Source: Camelus dromedarius (taxonomy: Eukaryota). Taken from it: DNA of 64,000 nucleotides. Both the position numbers and the translations under genes were made by a program. The stretch covers positions 78,432,001 through 78,496,000 of the forward strand of contig NC_087437.1 in assembly GCF_036321535.1 (NCBI RefSeq), read 5' to 3'. The notes under the pieces were generated by a model. It worked only from the letters and a program-made list of their open reading frames with translations. It ran no database searches and was not told the DNA's origin. Below, one piece after another: positions 12,699 through 25,600 of the stretch. Position 1 is the first letter of the stretch; every line of letters begins with the position of its first letter.

Positions 12699-14609
12699 CT
12701 TTAAGAGATTAAAATCTAATAAGAGAAAAAAAAAAAAAGTCTAGTCAGATCAAGATAATTACATTTCTAGTCTTAACTATGTTCCAAAAGTGGGTAACAA
12801 GAGATGTTGAGACATAGCAAGTTTAAGCAGTCATATGAACTTCTGGAACAGTATCCAAGTCTTCAGTGCTTTGTCATCACTTTTATTTACTGTATCTTGT
12901 ATCAGTGAATCTTTCAATGTCCTTAGAAACAATTAAATCAATTTAGCTCACACTCTTTTGAAAACAAATCTTTTCTTCTCTTTGGTTTTGCATAGGCAGA
13001 AACAAGACACAGAAGCAATTTCACTATGGTTGTTGTTAAGAAAGTTATTAGATTTTTTTTAAGTGAAATTGTAATCCAAGTGATTTTTGTACCTTAATGA
13101 TGGTGTCTTTACATCTGAATCCCAAGGTAATCCGTTTCCTCCATCATCTTTAGTATTTACGCAGCATAAGAGAAAATTACTGAAAAATAACAAGAGACAA
13201 TTAAAGAATTCTAAGGGTTAATAGCTCTGTTTTCTTTGGAAATGGTTTGGCTGGTAGTCAGCGCTGGGAGATTCATTGGCATGCTCTGCTATACAAGTAA
13301 ATGCTGGCTGGGGAAGGATGCTGATTATTTAACACCAGTGTTTGACAGAAAGCTTGTGTTTATAGTGTGAAAAGGTGCAGGCATAGAAAACTGCATGTTC
13401 AGATGTTAGAAAAGGTCTTTAGGGAAGTGTCTTCTGCCAGATCAGCTTCTAAATGTTCAAACTGGCTTTCAGAGCCAACACAATCTATTGGGGTCTATTG
13501 GCACTTCCATCACAATGTGTCACATGATGAGGCATAAACTAAAGCTGCAGTTGGAACTGCATACTCAGATGTAGTGTTGATGAGCCAGGAAGCACCTTTG
13601 CTATTCCTGGTTGACAGCCCCTTAGAATAAGACAGATAAATGCCAAGATTTGTTACAAATGATGGGATTAGGTTGGTTTAGAAGAAACATAATTACATGT
13701 AATTTAAAGCCCATCTAACAATCAAGCCCCAACCTATTTCTTCAGCATTAATTTCTCTTCCTACTATACTGAAGGAAGAAATTTTTATGTTTTCTTTACT
13801 TTTAACCATAGTTCTGTATTAGAGCCAGGAGTATAATAGGTTCTCAATAAATACCTGTTAAATCCAACTTGTCTAAATCTCAGAACTGGCTTTCTCCTTA
13901 TTGTATACATTTCTCCATATATCAGCTTTCTGCAGCTGTTTACCTAAAGGGTACCAATTAGACCTTCTAAAATCTTATGGGATGTCTAATAATTAAAGAT
14001 CAATTAGCTATTTGTATTGTCATATTTTTTCTTAGCATCACACTGTCTTATATTGTGTTATGATTTATTTAAAAAACGGACAGTTACCTGATCGGTTTGC
14101 CCTTACCTGGTGAAATTTCTGCACACAGTAGGAAACTGGCACCCACATAACTTACAGTAGATCAAAGAAAATTGCTTGAAACAGGGATCAGTGTCTGCAT
14201 TTATGGAAGATGACCCTTTTTTGATCTTTAAGATAATATTCTGAATTTCTGATGTACAGATTTTAATTTGTATTATAAGGAGCAGGCTTAGGCTTTGGAA
14301 GCATTACTAAAAAAAGAATTATGTAAGTTTTGTGGGTTTAGTTTAGCATTCCTGTGACCATTGGAGGAATAATCAAGCAGGGAAATAGGAAGACATTGCT
14401 CCAAGGAACCTGTGTTTGAGTCTGGTGATTCTGTATTTTGTATTGTGCACAGAGCCACATCAACAAAACATATGAAACAGAATATGTTCCTAAAATGAGA
14501 GTGATTTTTAAGAATGAAATTTTAGGTAAGTGGTTTGGGTATTATTTTTTACCTTAAGGGCCAATAGGTATTTTGAAGTACTTTCTTGAGTTACATGAGA
14601 ATTCTCATT

Positions 14610-14890
14610 TCATTGAAATCAATTTGGCAAATTATTTCTAGCCCAACCATGAAGCAAGCAATATGACATACTTACTCAAAGATCAGCAAATCATGATTCT
14701 TGTCCTTAAACATTTCATTCTCAAGCAGGAAAGGCAATACACACACATAAAGCAACAGAGGGACTGCTGACCTCTTATAAGAACAAATGGCTTTTGGAGC
14801 ACAGGGGAGGACATAGCAACTTCATTCATTAGGTAGGCTCACTGACATGGCAACCTTTAAATTAGGCATTGAAATATAAGGTTTAACCTC
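14610..14890 (-). mobile_element. L2 3' fragment
   Basis: Degenerate antisense L2 tail and a TTTTGGAGCACAGGGGAGG segment. Confidence 0.45.
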
Positions 14891-17123
14891 ATTTAGGTAG
14901 TCTGGAGTTTGGTGGTGGGATTACTAGCACAGAACGTATAATGAGAGCAAAGGAGCAGATAATAAAAAAAAAAAACATGATGGGCCTAGCCATCCTACTG
15001 TGGTACATAACTCCAGAAGGCATTTTCCCATTATAGTTTATGTGAATAGATTGCACCTTGCAAAACTCCAGAAGCACTGTTCACATAGATTATATGAATG
15101 CACCTGCTGGAATTGTGCAACACAGCAGCCCAGGGTTCTGTCAATAGTAAGCAGATAAGCCATTTGGAAGGATTATGTGAATTAGGCCTGTAAATATCTG
15201 TAGTATAAAGTCTACAAGATACAGACCTAGGGATTATTAATTTGCAAAAAAAAAAAAAAGAGGCTAATTAGAACATTATGATCAAAAAATAGATAATTAT
15301 AAATTCTTTTGAAAATGGTAATTCCAAAACTAAAAATAAAATTTGAAGGTATTTACATTGTTTTCTCAGGATTTAGTCACCACTGAGCCCAAATAAATAT
15401 TTTAGCACTTAACACAAAATAAATCACAAATATGCCTAAGTATATTTGTAGGACTACTGAGCGTGGAGTTGCTATCATGGGAAATTTATAAAATGAAACT
15501 TTGAGTCTCTGTGTGAAATCACCAGGGAAATCAGAGAGTAGGGAGCAGGGAAGAATTCAGGCCCAGAGATTTCAGATACTGTAATTTAAGATACATTAAT
15601 GACAGTACCTAAGACTTCTCAGGCAATGTTGACTCATTAGTTCAAATATTTCTGTCTGTATTACAGCTCTTTCTCTCCCCCTCCATACCCTTTTTCACTG
15701 AATTGGATAGTCTTTAGTTGCCTTCTAATTACAGCATATGTGACATTCATCTATTCAAGAAAAAAACAGCAATTTTTGAAAGCAGCAAATATAATCTTGT
15801 TAGAAGTGGGAACGTGAGGCATTACTTATGTGGTCACAGGCAGACCCTAAGTAGGTAACCGCTGTCTGGTTGCTTCTCAAATTGGTTGTGTGTTTGGAAC
15901 GCTGTGTGGATATCGGTCTGCTTGCTTTCAGATGAATCATTCACCTAATGGACTATCAAGTACTTGGATAAATTTATCAGTAATGCAGACCATGGCTCCC
16001 ATACCTTCCTCAAATGCCTTCAAACCAATTTTGTAAATTACACCCAAGGTGAGAGTTAGATAACATGTCACGATAGATCAAGATTTTTGGTAAAAATGTC
16101 ACTTCTTTGAAAGTCTTATATTCTCTTTTTAGAAATGAAGTCTTTTGAAAGGGAAAATTTCCTATTAGTATGTATTTTATATGTTATCCTAAATTTCACG
16201 CAGCAATGTATAGCATTTAGAAAGTTCAAGAACACATATAAGAATTAGATAAAAATTTTTCTTAACTTGTAAGAAATGTTTTAAACACTCCTTTTTTTCT
16301 CATGTAATATTTATCAGCCAAAAAGAGGTAAGTTTATACACAGCTGCAGTAGAACAATTATTACAGAGTAATAGCCTCTGTTATCTGAACATTTGAAAAA
16401 TAAAAACAAAATTAGCATTTTTCTTTAGCTTTGAACTATACTTACCATTTGTACTGAATTTAATATCACAATCAAAATATGCTTGCATTTATTAGAAATT
16501 CTATGACTGTTTACTTGGCAAAAATAGACATTCTAAGAACTATTTGTTAACCATGGGACATACAACTTAAGGAAATACTTTAAAATATTTGAGAGGTGGT
16601 GCATGTTTCCAATTAGAAAAATAATGTACATACAGGGAGGAAAACATTGGAGAATGCAGAGAAAGGATAATACATTTAATGTTCAACTTACCAGGGATTT
16701 TAACATAAGGTAAAATTAGTTTTAAAATTTTCACTTTGAAGACTAGCTTGCATTCTTTTATTAAATATGATAGTAATTAAATGAAACATGGAAGGTGATA
16801 ATTGGCAAAATGTTCTGTCTCCTCAGAAGCTTAGGAAGATGCCTACACACCTCTCCGTCTAGGAGAGGACAGGCTGGGGACTCTGGCTTTCTGAGAACTG
16901 TGTGAACCTTAGCAATCTGAATTCTTATAACCATCATATTTTGCATAAAGTCTTACTTTCTTTACTGTAAGTGAATTTTGGCTTGCTCTCATTTTTTGCA
17001 ATGAAAAGGAACTTAAACTCTATTTTATTATCTGAACAAAGATAATTGGCAAGGTAGGTATCTTTAGAGTTGAAGGAAATAATTTGGGAACTTATTTCTG
17101 AAAATTTGTGATAGAGTGTTTTA

Positions 17124-17182
17124 ATAATACAGGGAACTATATTCAATACCTTATAATAACCAATAATGAAAAAGAATATGTA

Positions 17183-17231
<49 letters not shown>

Positions 17232-17378
17232 GTGTGTGTATATATATATATATATATATACATGTATATATATATATGACTCAATCACTATGCTGTACAC
17301 CAGAAACTAACACAACATTGTTAATCAACTATACTTCAGTAAAAACATGATTAAAACATAAATAAATAAGATAAAATA
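17124..17378 (+). mobile_element. L1 3' end (cetartiodactyl-type) with internal (TG)n(TA)n microsatellite
   Basis: ACAGGGAACTATATTCAATACCTTATAATAACC...TCACTATGCTGTACACCAGAAACTAACACAACATTGTTAATCAACTATACTTCA plus an A-rich tail. Microsatellite at about 17177-17279. Confidence 0.88.
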
Positions 17379-17984
17379 GCATGTACAGCCTTCAAGTAGA
17401 GAAAAATCCTGATGCCTGAGATAGCTTTATCCACAGTTTCTCACTACCCAGTAAGGAGTTTAGTCTGAAGATCTCATCTGGAGGCAGAGAATAGTCTGCC
17501 AAGGGGATTAATAAGAAATAGCCTCATACTGACTAGGAACCGTGACTGCGGTAGCCGCAATAATGACAGGAAAAAACACCAACCAACAGTATGGGCACAG
17601 CATTCCCCTATCCTAAGTACACCTTGAGAGACTTAAGGCAGATCTTGCTACTATTCTACAAACTTTGTCCAGCTTAGTATTTCAACAAAGTGTATGGAGA
17701 GTGCTTACCTCCACTAAGTTAAAAGTTAGATTGACTAAGTTAGAATGATTTTAACTTAGTTAAAGAAGTTAATTAAGTTTAACTAAGTTACAAAGGCTAA
17801 CTTGATAAGCTTCTAGGCTGGTATCTCATTCCTATAGCTCTACCACAGGGATGCTGAAAACAATGCTATGTACTCTTTCAATAAAGGAATGTTTATTTTA
17901 AAAAATATCTCTGAAGCCATATGGTCTTTCAAAACAATATTGTAAATATACATCTTTTGATGAAGAAAGATTCTTAAGACATTA

Positions 17985-18185
17985 TAATGAAGAGCTAAAA
18001 GCATAGAATCTGAAGTTCAGAATGTCAGTTCTTGAACCCTGGTTCTGCCACTTACAAGCTGTGTGATCTCGGGCAAGTTACTTAACATCTTGGTGCCAAA
18101 TAATTTAGTTTCTTCATTTGCCAAGTAAAGTGAATAAGAATATTCACTTCATAGTGCTGTTGTGAGGATTTTATGATTTAGCATG
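17985..18185 (+). mobile_element. MIR SINE
   Basis: CCTGGTTCTGCCACTTACAAGCTGTGTGATCTCGGGCAAGTTACTTAAC core and GTTGTGAGGATT. Confidence 0.88.
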
Positions 18186-19013
18186 AGCTTTTCATTAAAT
18201 TAAAAGTCAAGATGCAAAGTAACATATAGAGTAGTATGCTTTCATATGCTGGTATATATGCATACATTTTCTTCGAACAATATACTAAAATTTTCTAATC
18301 AGAACTTCTGCAGGGAATAGTACTCAGGAAATGGTTTGATGGTGACGGGGACTTTGTATTTGCTTTTAAGCCTTTATGTAAAAATTTATATTTTTTATTA
18401 TATGCTTGATTTATCTTTATATAAATAAGTACTTTTAAAATAATACATACAATAAAAGTTTCCTATTTGCATAAGACACACTGAGATGTGTATCACTCTA
18501 AAACTGTGTGTGCGTGTGTGCTTTTATATCTTGACAAGAGTGGGGTGCGTTTGATTTTTCTCTTTGATTTATTTGTATTTGAGAATCAAAAACTCTGAAA
18601 AGAGTTCTTTTTGTCTGTTGAATGAAAGATATAGAGTCTATGATTACAAATTGTTTCAATTCTTCTGTGAAGACTGGTATTAGAAATAAACCTAAAACAA
18701 TGGTTTTCTCAGGCTTTAGTGCCTAGGGGTGAAAATTAAAAATCAGAACAAAAAACACACAGAATTATATCATGCAGAATGGAACTAAGCATTTCCATAA
18801 GGACAAAAACTAGAACAAGAACAACAACACAAACGAAGGCTGTGGTTGTCACATAATGAAAAGGATGCACTTGCCCAGAGAATGTGTTCTGTGATCACTC
18901 AGCACTTATTTCAGATTCTCTGTGCCCCTGAGGTTTGTACAGTGATAATATGCATGCAGCTGGCCAAAGGGGCAGGCAAACAAAAGCAATGACACATTTT
19001 CTAGTAGAGGTAT

Positions 19014-19496
19014 TGGTATTAGGTCTCTCCAGATTGATCTATATATATCAATCAATCTATCTATCTATCTACATACCTACCTACCTACCTACCTACCTAC
19101 CTACCTATCTATCTATATTATATATAATCTATTGAGATAGAAATTTTAAGGAATTGGCTTGTGTAATTGTGGGGACTGGCAAGTCTGAAATCCACAGGGC
19201 AGGTTGGCAGAATGAAGATTCAGGGAGGGGTTGATGTTGCAGTATCAGGTTAAAAGCATCCTGGTCGCAGAGTTCCTTCTTCCTGGGGGAACTTCAGTTT
19301 TTGTTTCTTAAGTTCTACAACTGAATGCATGAGGCCCACCCACATAATGGGAGGTAATCTGCTTTACTCAAAGTGTACTGTTTTAAAAGTTTATCACATC
19401 TAAAAAATACCTTTACAGCAAATTCTAGACTGATATTTGACCAAACGTCTAAGCACCATAGCCTAGTCAATCTGAGACATACAAATAACCATCACA
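19014..19496 (-). mobile_element. MLT2-family (ERVL) solo LTR, probably MLT2C-like
   Basis: TG...CA termini, ends AAATAACCATCACA, internal AAGGAATTGGCT..GGCAAGTCTGAAATC..GAGGCCCACCCACAT. Perfect 5-bp TSD GGTAT at 19009-19013 and 19497-19501. Confidence 0.9.
19045..19132. repeat. (TCTA)n/(CCTA)n tetranucleotide microsatellite inside the MLT2 LTR
   Basis: Read directly. Confidence 0.9.
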
Positions 19497-21149
19497 GGTA
19501 TAATAAAGGCCACAGCTAGATCTCTATTAATTAATCACAATCAACTATTGAGATTACTTGAATATGTATATTTATTTTAAAAGGAAATTCTGAAATTCTT
19601 CTGCATAAAAAGAAAACTAGTCAAGAATTAACTTTTATTTAAAAAGCACCTCCTAAAAAGGATACAACTTCTAGCTACTGGATTTATCTTTCCTAGGAAA
19701 GTGTGTATGATATGCGTATCTTTATAATCACATATCCAGTTTACCCTATTCATATTTCATATTCAAGTTAGGGAAAATTTAGGGATGACAGTACTCATAT
19801 TTTCCTTAACTCAAAATACATGGTTGTAATTTTATAGGATATGATAAAGATAGTTGAAAAATAATGAATAGAGGTATTCAAGGCAAATATTTAAGGCAAT
19901 TTGCATGCATCTCCCTAGGTCTCCTCTTCTGTGCATGTCCATCCTCCTACCTGTGGATTCCCACTTTAACCTCCAATTCAGCCATCTAGCAGCATCAATT
20001 TTGTTCCAGGCTCCTTTATCAAAACTTGCCTTCAGAGCCTTCATTTATATTGAAAGGGCATTTACAACAAAGATTCAAGGGTTGCATCTCTTGATGGTAT
20101 GAGAGATGATAATCTTAAACTAAAAGAACTAAACAGTCTTGGTTCTCTGTGGTTTTGGTGTTTTTCCAAGGAAAATATTTATATTTTGTACCCATTTTAG
20201 CTCACCAATGAAGCCCAGTATGACTTTGTGCCAGAAGTGAAATAGAATTGTGAGGTAAAATTGTTTTAGTAAGTTAATATGGTTTTCCTCGATTTAAGAA
20301 TTTGATTTTTATTATTTTTAAATAGAGTACATAATTAAATAAAATATATCAAGCATAATATTTAATATGTAATAAGTGTTTAGCTTGTTTTAACTGTATT
20401 GTATTTAATTGTTGTTAATTAAATAACAAATTAATTTAATTGTTTTCATCCTTCCTTCTTTTGCAAGGGAATTAGCTGATACTAGTTCTTAATCTGACTT
20501 TACAAAACTATCACCAAATTTTCTTGCTACCTAAAATTATTTCAGGTGACTACTTAATGGATCTATAATGGCACTCCAAGTCATAACAGTAGGATTTAGT
20601 TAGAATATATTTCTCAGTCTTTCACTGTGATGGAAAAATCCCCAAGCAATTCCCATTGGTACCAGAATCTATGATCCTGCTATCCATTAGTATTTTCTAT
20701 TTCCTAAATATTAAATGCTTTTCATACCACTATGTCTTTGCATGAATTATTTCTTCTTAAAATGATAGACCTCTACTGGAGAAAACTTCCTGCCTCTACT
20801 TAGATAACACTGCTAGCAAGATTTCAAAGACAGCTCATTTTATTATTAAACAACCTAATGCTAAAGCATATTTTCCTTTAAGATGAAATATGCACCCCTC
20901 TCATAAATCTATATGGATCACTTCTGAAGAGACAAAAGCCTTGCTTATTGATTATAATGATCATATATTCAGATATCTAATTTTCCCCTTTTTAAATTTT
21001 GGGCTAAACCTCTGTTTCTTGACCCCCTTTTAATTCTAATTATTCTTCTAATACACTCTACTTTTTAACATCCATCCTAAAATTAACATAAAATGAAAAT
21101 AAAATTTAAGGTTAGTGCAGAAGACAGTTAAACTGTAACACTAGAGGCT

Positions 21150-21352
21150 ACTATGGCATCGTGGGAAAATCTTGGCCTTTATAGTTATATAAACTTAGTT
21201 TTATATCCCAGATTTGCAACTTACTGGCTCCGAGCAATTGACTTAACTTCACCTGTAAAATGATGAGAGTAGTATGTCAACTATAATGGTTATTACGAAA
21301 ATAAAATGTAATAATCCATGTAAAGCCCTGGTACATAGGAAGTACTCAATTA
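21150..21352 (+). mobile_element. MIR SINE
   Basis: ACTTAACTTCACCTGTAAAATG core and ATCCATGTAAAGCCCTGGTACATAGGAAGTACTCAAT tail. Confidence 0.75.
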
Positions 21353-21470
21353 TCTTCACAAATTCCTCCATTTACTTGCTCCTTTACCAAGGAAAATTTA
21401 CTTCTGTATTGTGAAATAACTATTCTTCTAAATATTTTACATGCCAGTGTATTTTATTGAAACATATTCA

Positions 21471-21700
21471 TTTTCTTAACTTTTATTTTGAAAAAATTTT
21501 AGATTTACAGAAGAGTTACAGTACAGTTCTCATATGCCCTACATTACAGTTTTTCTAATGCTGACATCTTATATAAAAGAAATTAACATTCGTATAACAC
21601 TGTTAGCTAAACTACAGACTTTATTCATATGTCACCATTTTCCACTAAAATCTTTTTCCTGTTCCAAGAGTTAGTTCAGGACACCATGTTACATTCAGCA
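21471..21700 (-). mobile_element. Old L1 (L1MC/L1MD-like) 3' end
   Basis: TTTTATTTTGAAAAAATTTTAGATTTACAGAAGAGTTACA...AAACTACAGACTTTATTCATAT...CAGGACACCATGTTACATT. Confidence 0.75.
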
Positions 21701-22067
21701 AGTGTTAATTTTTTTTAATACAGATCCCAAGATCTTTTATGATATCCAGTTGATAAGCCAGTTGTTAACTGCTCTGCACCTATTTCAAGGTTTCACTTTC
21801 ATTTTTACATTTTACTTTGGTTTATGTCCACTGTTTCTATATGTTATTTTTAATCTTGATTTTATTATATGTGGCATTAGCTAAGCAGCTTGACATTGTT
21901 TTGTTTTTTTATGTCTTCACTCAAATCACTGAAATAAAATTTCAACATGACGGGACCCAAAAATGACTCCATAAAACATCTCTTGTGAACAAACTGAATC
22001 ACTGAACCCATTCACCAATATTTTGAGTACTCTTCTGCATCATATATACAACATATATATATATATA

Positions 22068-22620
22068 TGGCCCTTGCTTTTTTATCCAATCTGACAGTAT
22101 CTCCAATTATAGATATCTTGTTATTATTTTTTATTTGTCCCATTTATTCCTTAATATTTTTTCAATGTTTTTTAGTTATTTTGGATTAGCTGAACCATTA
22201 TTATGATTTCATTTATGTCCACTATTAGCCTATTAATCATATTTGTGTTATTAATTTTTGATGTTGATCTATAAATTACAACATACATTTTAACTTATTC
22301 TCTACCTTAAAATAATATTTTATTGCTTTATATATGGCATAAGTACCTAAAATATGATAATTTCATCATTCCCTTCATTTGTTCCATGGTTATCCTATAA
22401 TTAGTTCTATACATGTTATAAGCTCCTCATTGTTATTATTTATTTAAACAGTGAATTATTTATAAATGATTAAAAATAAAAAAAAGTTTTTTCATTTACT
22501 CACACATTTTCCATCTCTAAGATTATTTATTTCTTTGTGTAGATTCAACCTTCTCTCTGGTATCATTTTTCTTCTTTCTGAAGCACTCCCTTCAGATTTT
22601 CTTTATGGTTTTTTTCAGTC
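22068..22620 (-). mobile_element. Old L1 (L1MC/L1ME-like) fragment
   Basis: TTGCTTTTTTATCCAATCTGACA...TTCTTTGTGTAGATTC...CTGGTATCATTTTTCTTCTTTCTGAAGCACTCCCTT, a T-rich antisense L1. Confidence 0.65.
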
Positions 22621-25600
22621 TCATGTATTTACTTAGTTTATCAAACATCCATGAACTTTTTTAATGTATTTAAACTTTACTATATCTAATTTTGTAATAG
22701 TAATTTGGAGTGCTGAGCTGGGATAACATATAATGCTAACAAGAAAATCCTTCCAAATGCTTAAATATCTAATGTTAATCTCACAAATTAAAATAATGTA
22801 TATTGTCAATCCAGATCTCTTAAACATCCCAGTTCCATTTACAAACTTTATCGAATATCGTATTATTTGGCTGACATAATCAAAAGTCCAGTAAGTGCAT
22901 ATTTTAGTTCAAATTAAAATCTGACAGATTACCTAGTCTGATTAATTCTGACAATTAAAAATCTCTAAACTACTGAGTTAGTCTTTTGAGTTTAATTTAC
23001 TTTATTTTTAAACTTAATTTTAAAATATTGTGGGGGTTGAGAAGAAAATCTGCTAACTCTAGGAGAAATGTTAGCAACTCAGGCAAATTGAGGGTATTAG
23101 AATGATAATTCGTGAATGTTAAGACTGACCATCTCAAAGAGTTGACGTTGTTTATCCAAACTGGAGACAGGCAAGAGATCTAGGGGCAATACGTATCTTC
23201 TTAAGTTTTCTCTAGCCCCATATAGACATTCTACCCACCACATTTTTATAGACAACAAGGGTGTCCAAGTCTCCCTACTACTCAATTGATATTCTTTAAT
23301 CTGATATGATTAGATGAAAATCTTCACACCTATTCAGATTTAGCAAACTTCACTGATTTCTCAGTGGAGTCTGCATTTCTTTAGCTTTAGGCAACAATTC
23401 TATATTCATTTTAATGACATCCCATTGAATCTTGAATATCTCTCATATTTTTCCTTCCTCTGAAGTTGCAGCTCTTAAGTTATGCTAATGAGACTTTCAT
23501 AAACATATAATCTGTTCTAGAATTTTCTCAGAATCTACCTGTCATTTCTGGTTTCTAGTCTTCCCTTCAGTTTGAAAGCATTTGCCCATCATTAGTCTTA
23601 TGGCATATTTTCCTTTTATTATGAGTTTGTTAGGATTACTGACAGGTGTTCTGAAATTACACCTATGAATTCATTTGATACTGTAGGATAAGTTTTCTGC
23701 ATTTAGTGTCCTTATCTCATTTAGACAGTTACATGTGTTCTCATCCTTTCTTCACCCAACTTTTACCTCTGTGTTATTTAGTCTGTTCTTTCTAGTTTTT
23801 GTAGCTGAAAACAAGGGAAGTAAAATTTGTTACATAGTTCTTTGTACTTTCTCTCATGTATTAACAGTACACACCTTGATTTCCATTTATTCCATTTTCA
23901 TGCCCCTTTTGAGTGATACAAAAACTATTCTAGAAAATGCTTCTGCCTTACAGGAAAAAAATGCTTTAAGAATTCAACCAACTTTAGGAAAAAAAAAAAC
24001 CAACACTAAAGACTTCTCAGTTATTGATTGTCCTTTGCAGCTAAAATGAACATAGAAGTGCAAAGTAAAATAAATAACATTATGTCATTAGACTACCATC
24101 CCAGTACATTTGAATTTACTTAGAATTAACATATAGCCAATCATAACTAAACTCAATTTTTGATTGAAAATTTCTAAGTCCCATAATATTAGTGGAAATG
24201 GAAAATTGTCTCCTTGCTCTATGGAATAGAAAGATTTTTCTAATCCTTTTAAGATTTATGACAAAGAAAATTAATTTTCAACCCTCTCTAATTCTTAGGG
24301 TTTAAATGTTATGTTATAAATGAAAGTTAAATCAGCAAAGTACTACTAAAGAAACCAAATAATGCAAAAGGAAGACATGTTACTAGATAAACAAAAGAGC
24401 CACTAAACATATTACAATCTAAAAGTGTATGTTATTTAAGCTCAGGAAAGGACATCATCTTGTTATTCATACAAGACCATTAGATATCCTGCCATAGTGA
24501 CATTGAGATATTAATCTCTCCTAGAAAGCAATTTTCTTTTATATGAACAAGAGTAATTTGTGACCCATGAGTGAAGAAGGGAAATGGTTTTAATGATAGT
24601 AATTGTGAAAAAAAAATTAATGCTGGTGTACCTACAAATAGTCAATATTCTGGTCTACAAAAAAAAGATTTCATCATGATTATATGCAAAGCACATCTCT
24701 ATGCTTGCCATGGAGAGTGCAAGTATAACAAGTGATAGCAAATAATTCCTAAAATACTTATTTATAGTAAATTAGTAAAAGAATAGGTTATTGTACATAA
24801 TGTTACCCAAATTGGGTTTAACATATGTATATCACCAAATGTAAACATGGTTTTGGTCATAATTATTAGCCCAAGTATGTTTAGATACTTTTACCAAATT
24901 AATAACATTACTGAATAAAGCAAATTTTCATACACTGTGTACGTGCATACTGTGAGAATTGCAAATGACTCCATTTTTGAGAACTTAATTTGGCTCTTAT
25001 ATTAGGAAACAATACATTTGAAAGATCTAGTATTTGGTGCCCTATGGGGAACTTCTGCTGGGATCCGATACTGCTAGGCACTGGCAGCCTCACACAGCGC
25101 TCCAAGCCTCATGCGGTGGCTCTGAGGCCGGCTTCCTCTGGTTCAGCTTTTCTGCCTCGGACTGCCCAACACTAAGAAGCACAAAGTTGAGGATATCCTT
25201 CAATCCCTGGGTCCTCTGCTTTATTATTTTGCAAACACAAAAGCTCTTTGCTTCTGCATATTTTGTTCTACATTGTGTTTATATCTAAATGTCTTCCATT
25301 TCTTGAAGCTCTGGGGAAGAGAAAGGGATTCAGGTACTATATCTTTTTAGATTGCTTCTGGTAAATACTGTGATTGGCAAAAACAAATGTGAAGTACAAA
25401 TGTGTCTGTCTATCGCAGTTTTCAATTTTAAATTGAAGCATTTAATTTTCTTACAAGTTTTCTGGTCTGTTGTAGTAAGTACAGGTCTAAGTTTATTTTA
25501 TTTTTTGTTTTCTCAACATTTTATTAAGTGAATATATCATAATACATATTTGAAAACTGCCATTTTAAGCACAGAGTCTATTGAAGTGTATACATCTTTT

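Noticed and set aside
14100..14200. Minus-strand exon ending at CAG|GTAAGG
   Set aside because: The donor is good but the acceptor is weak and the peptide is unrecognisable. Isolated donors are common by chance.
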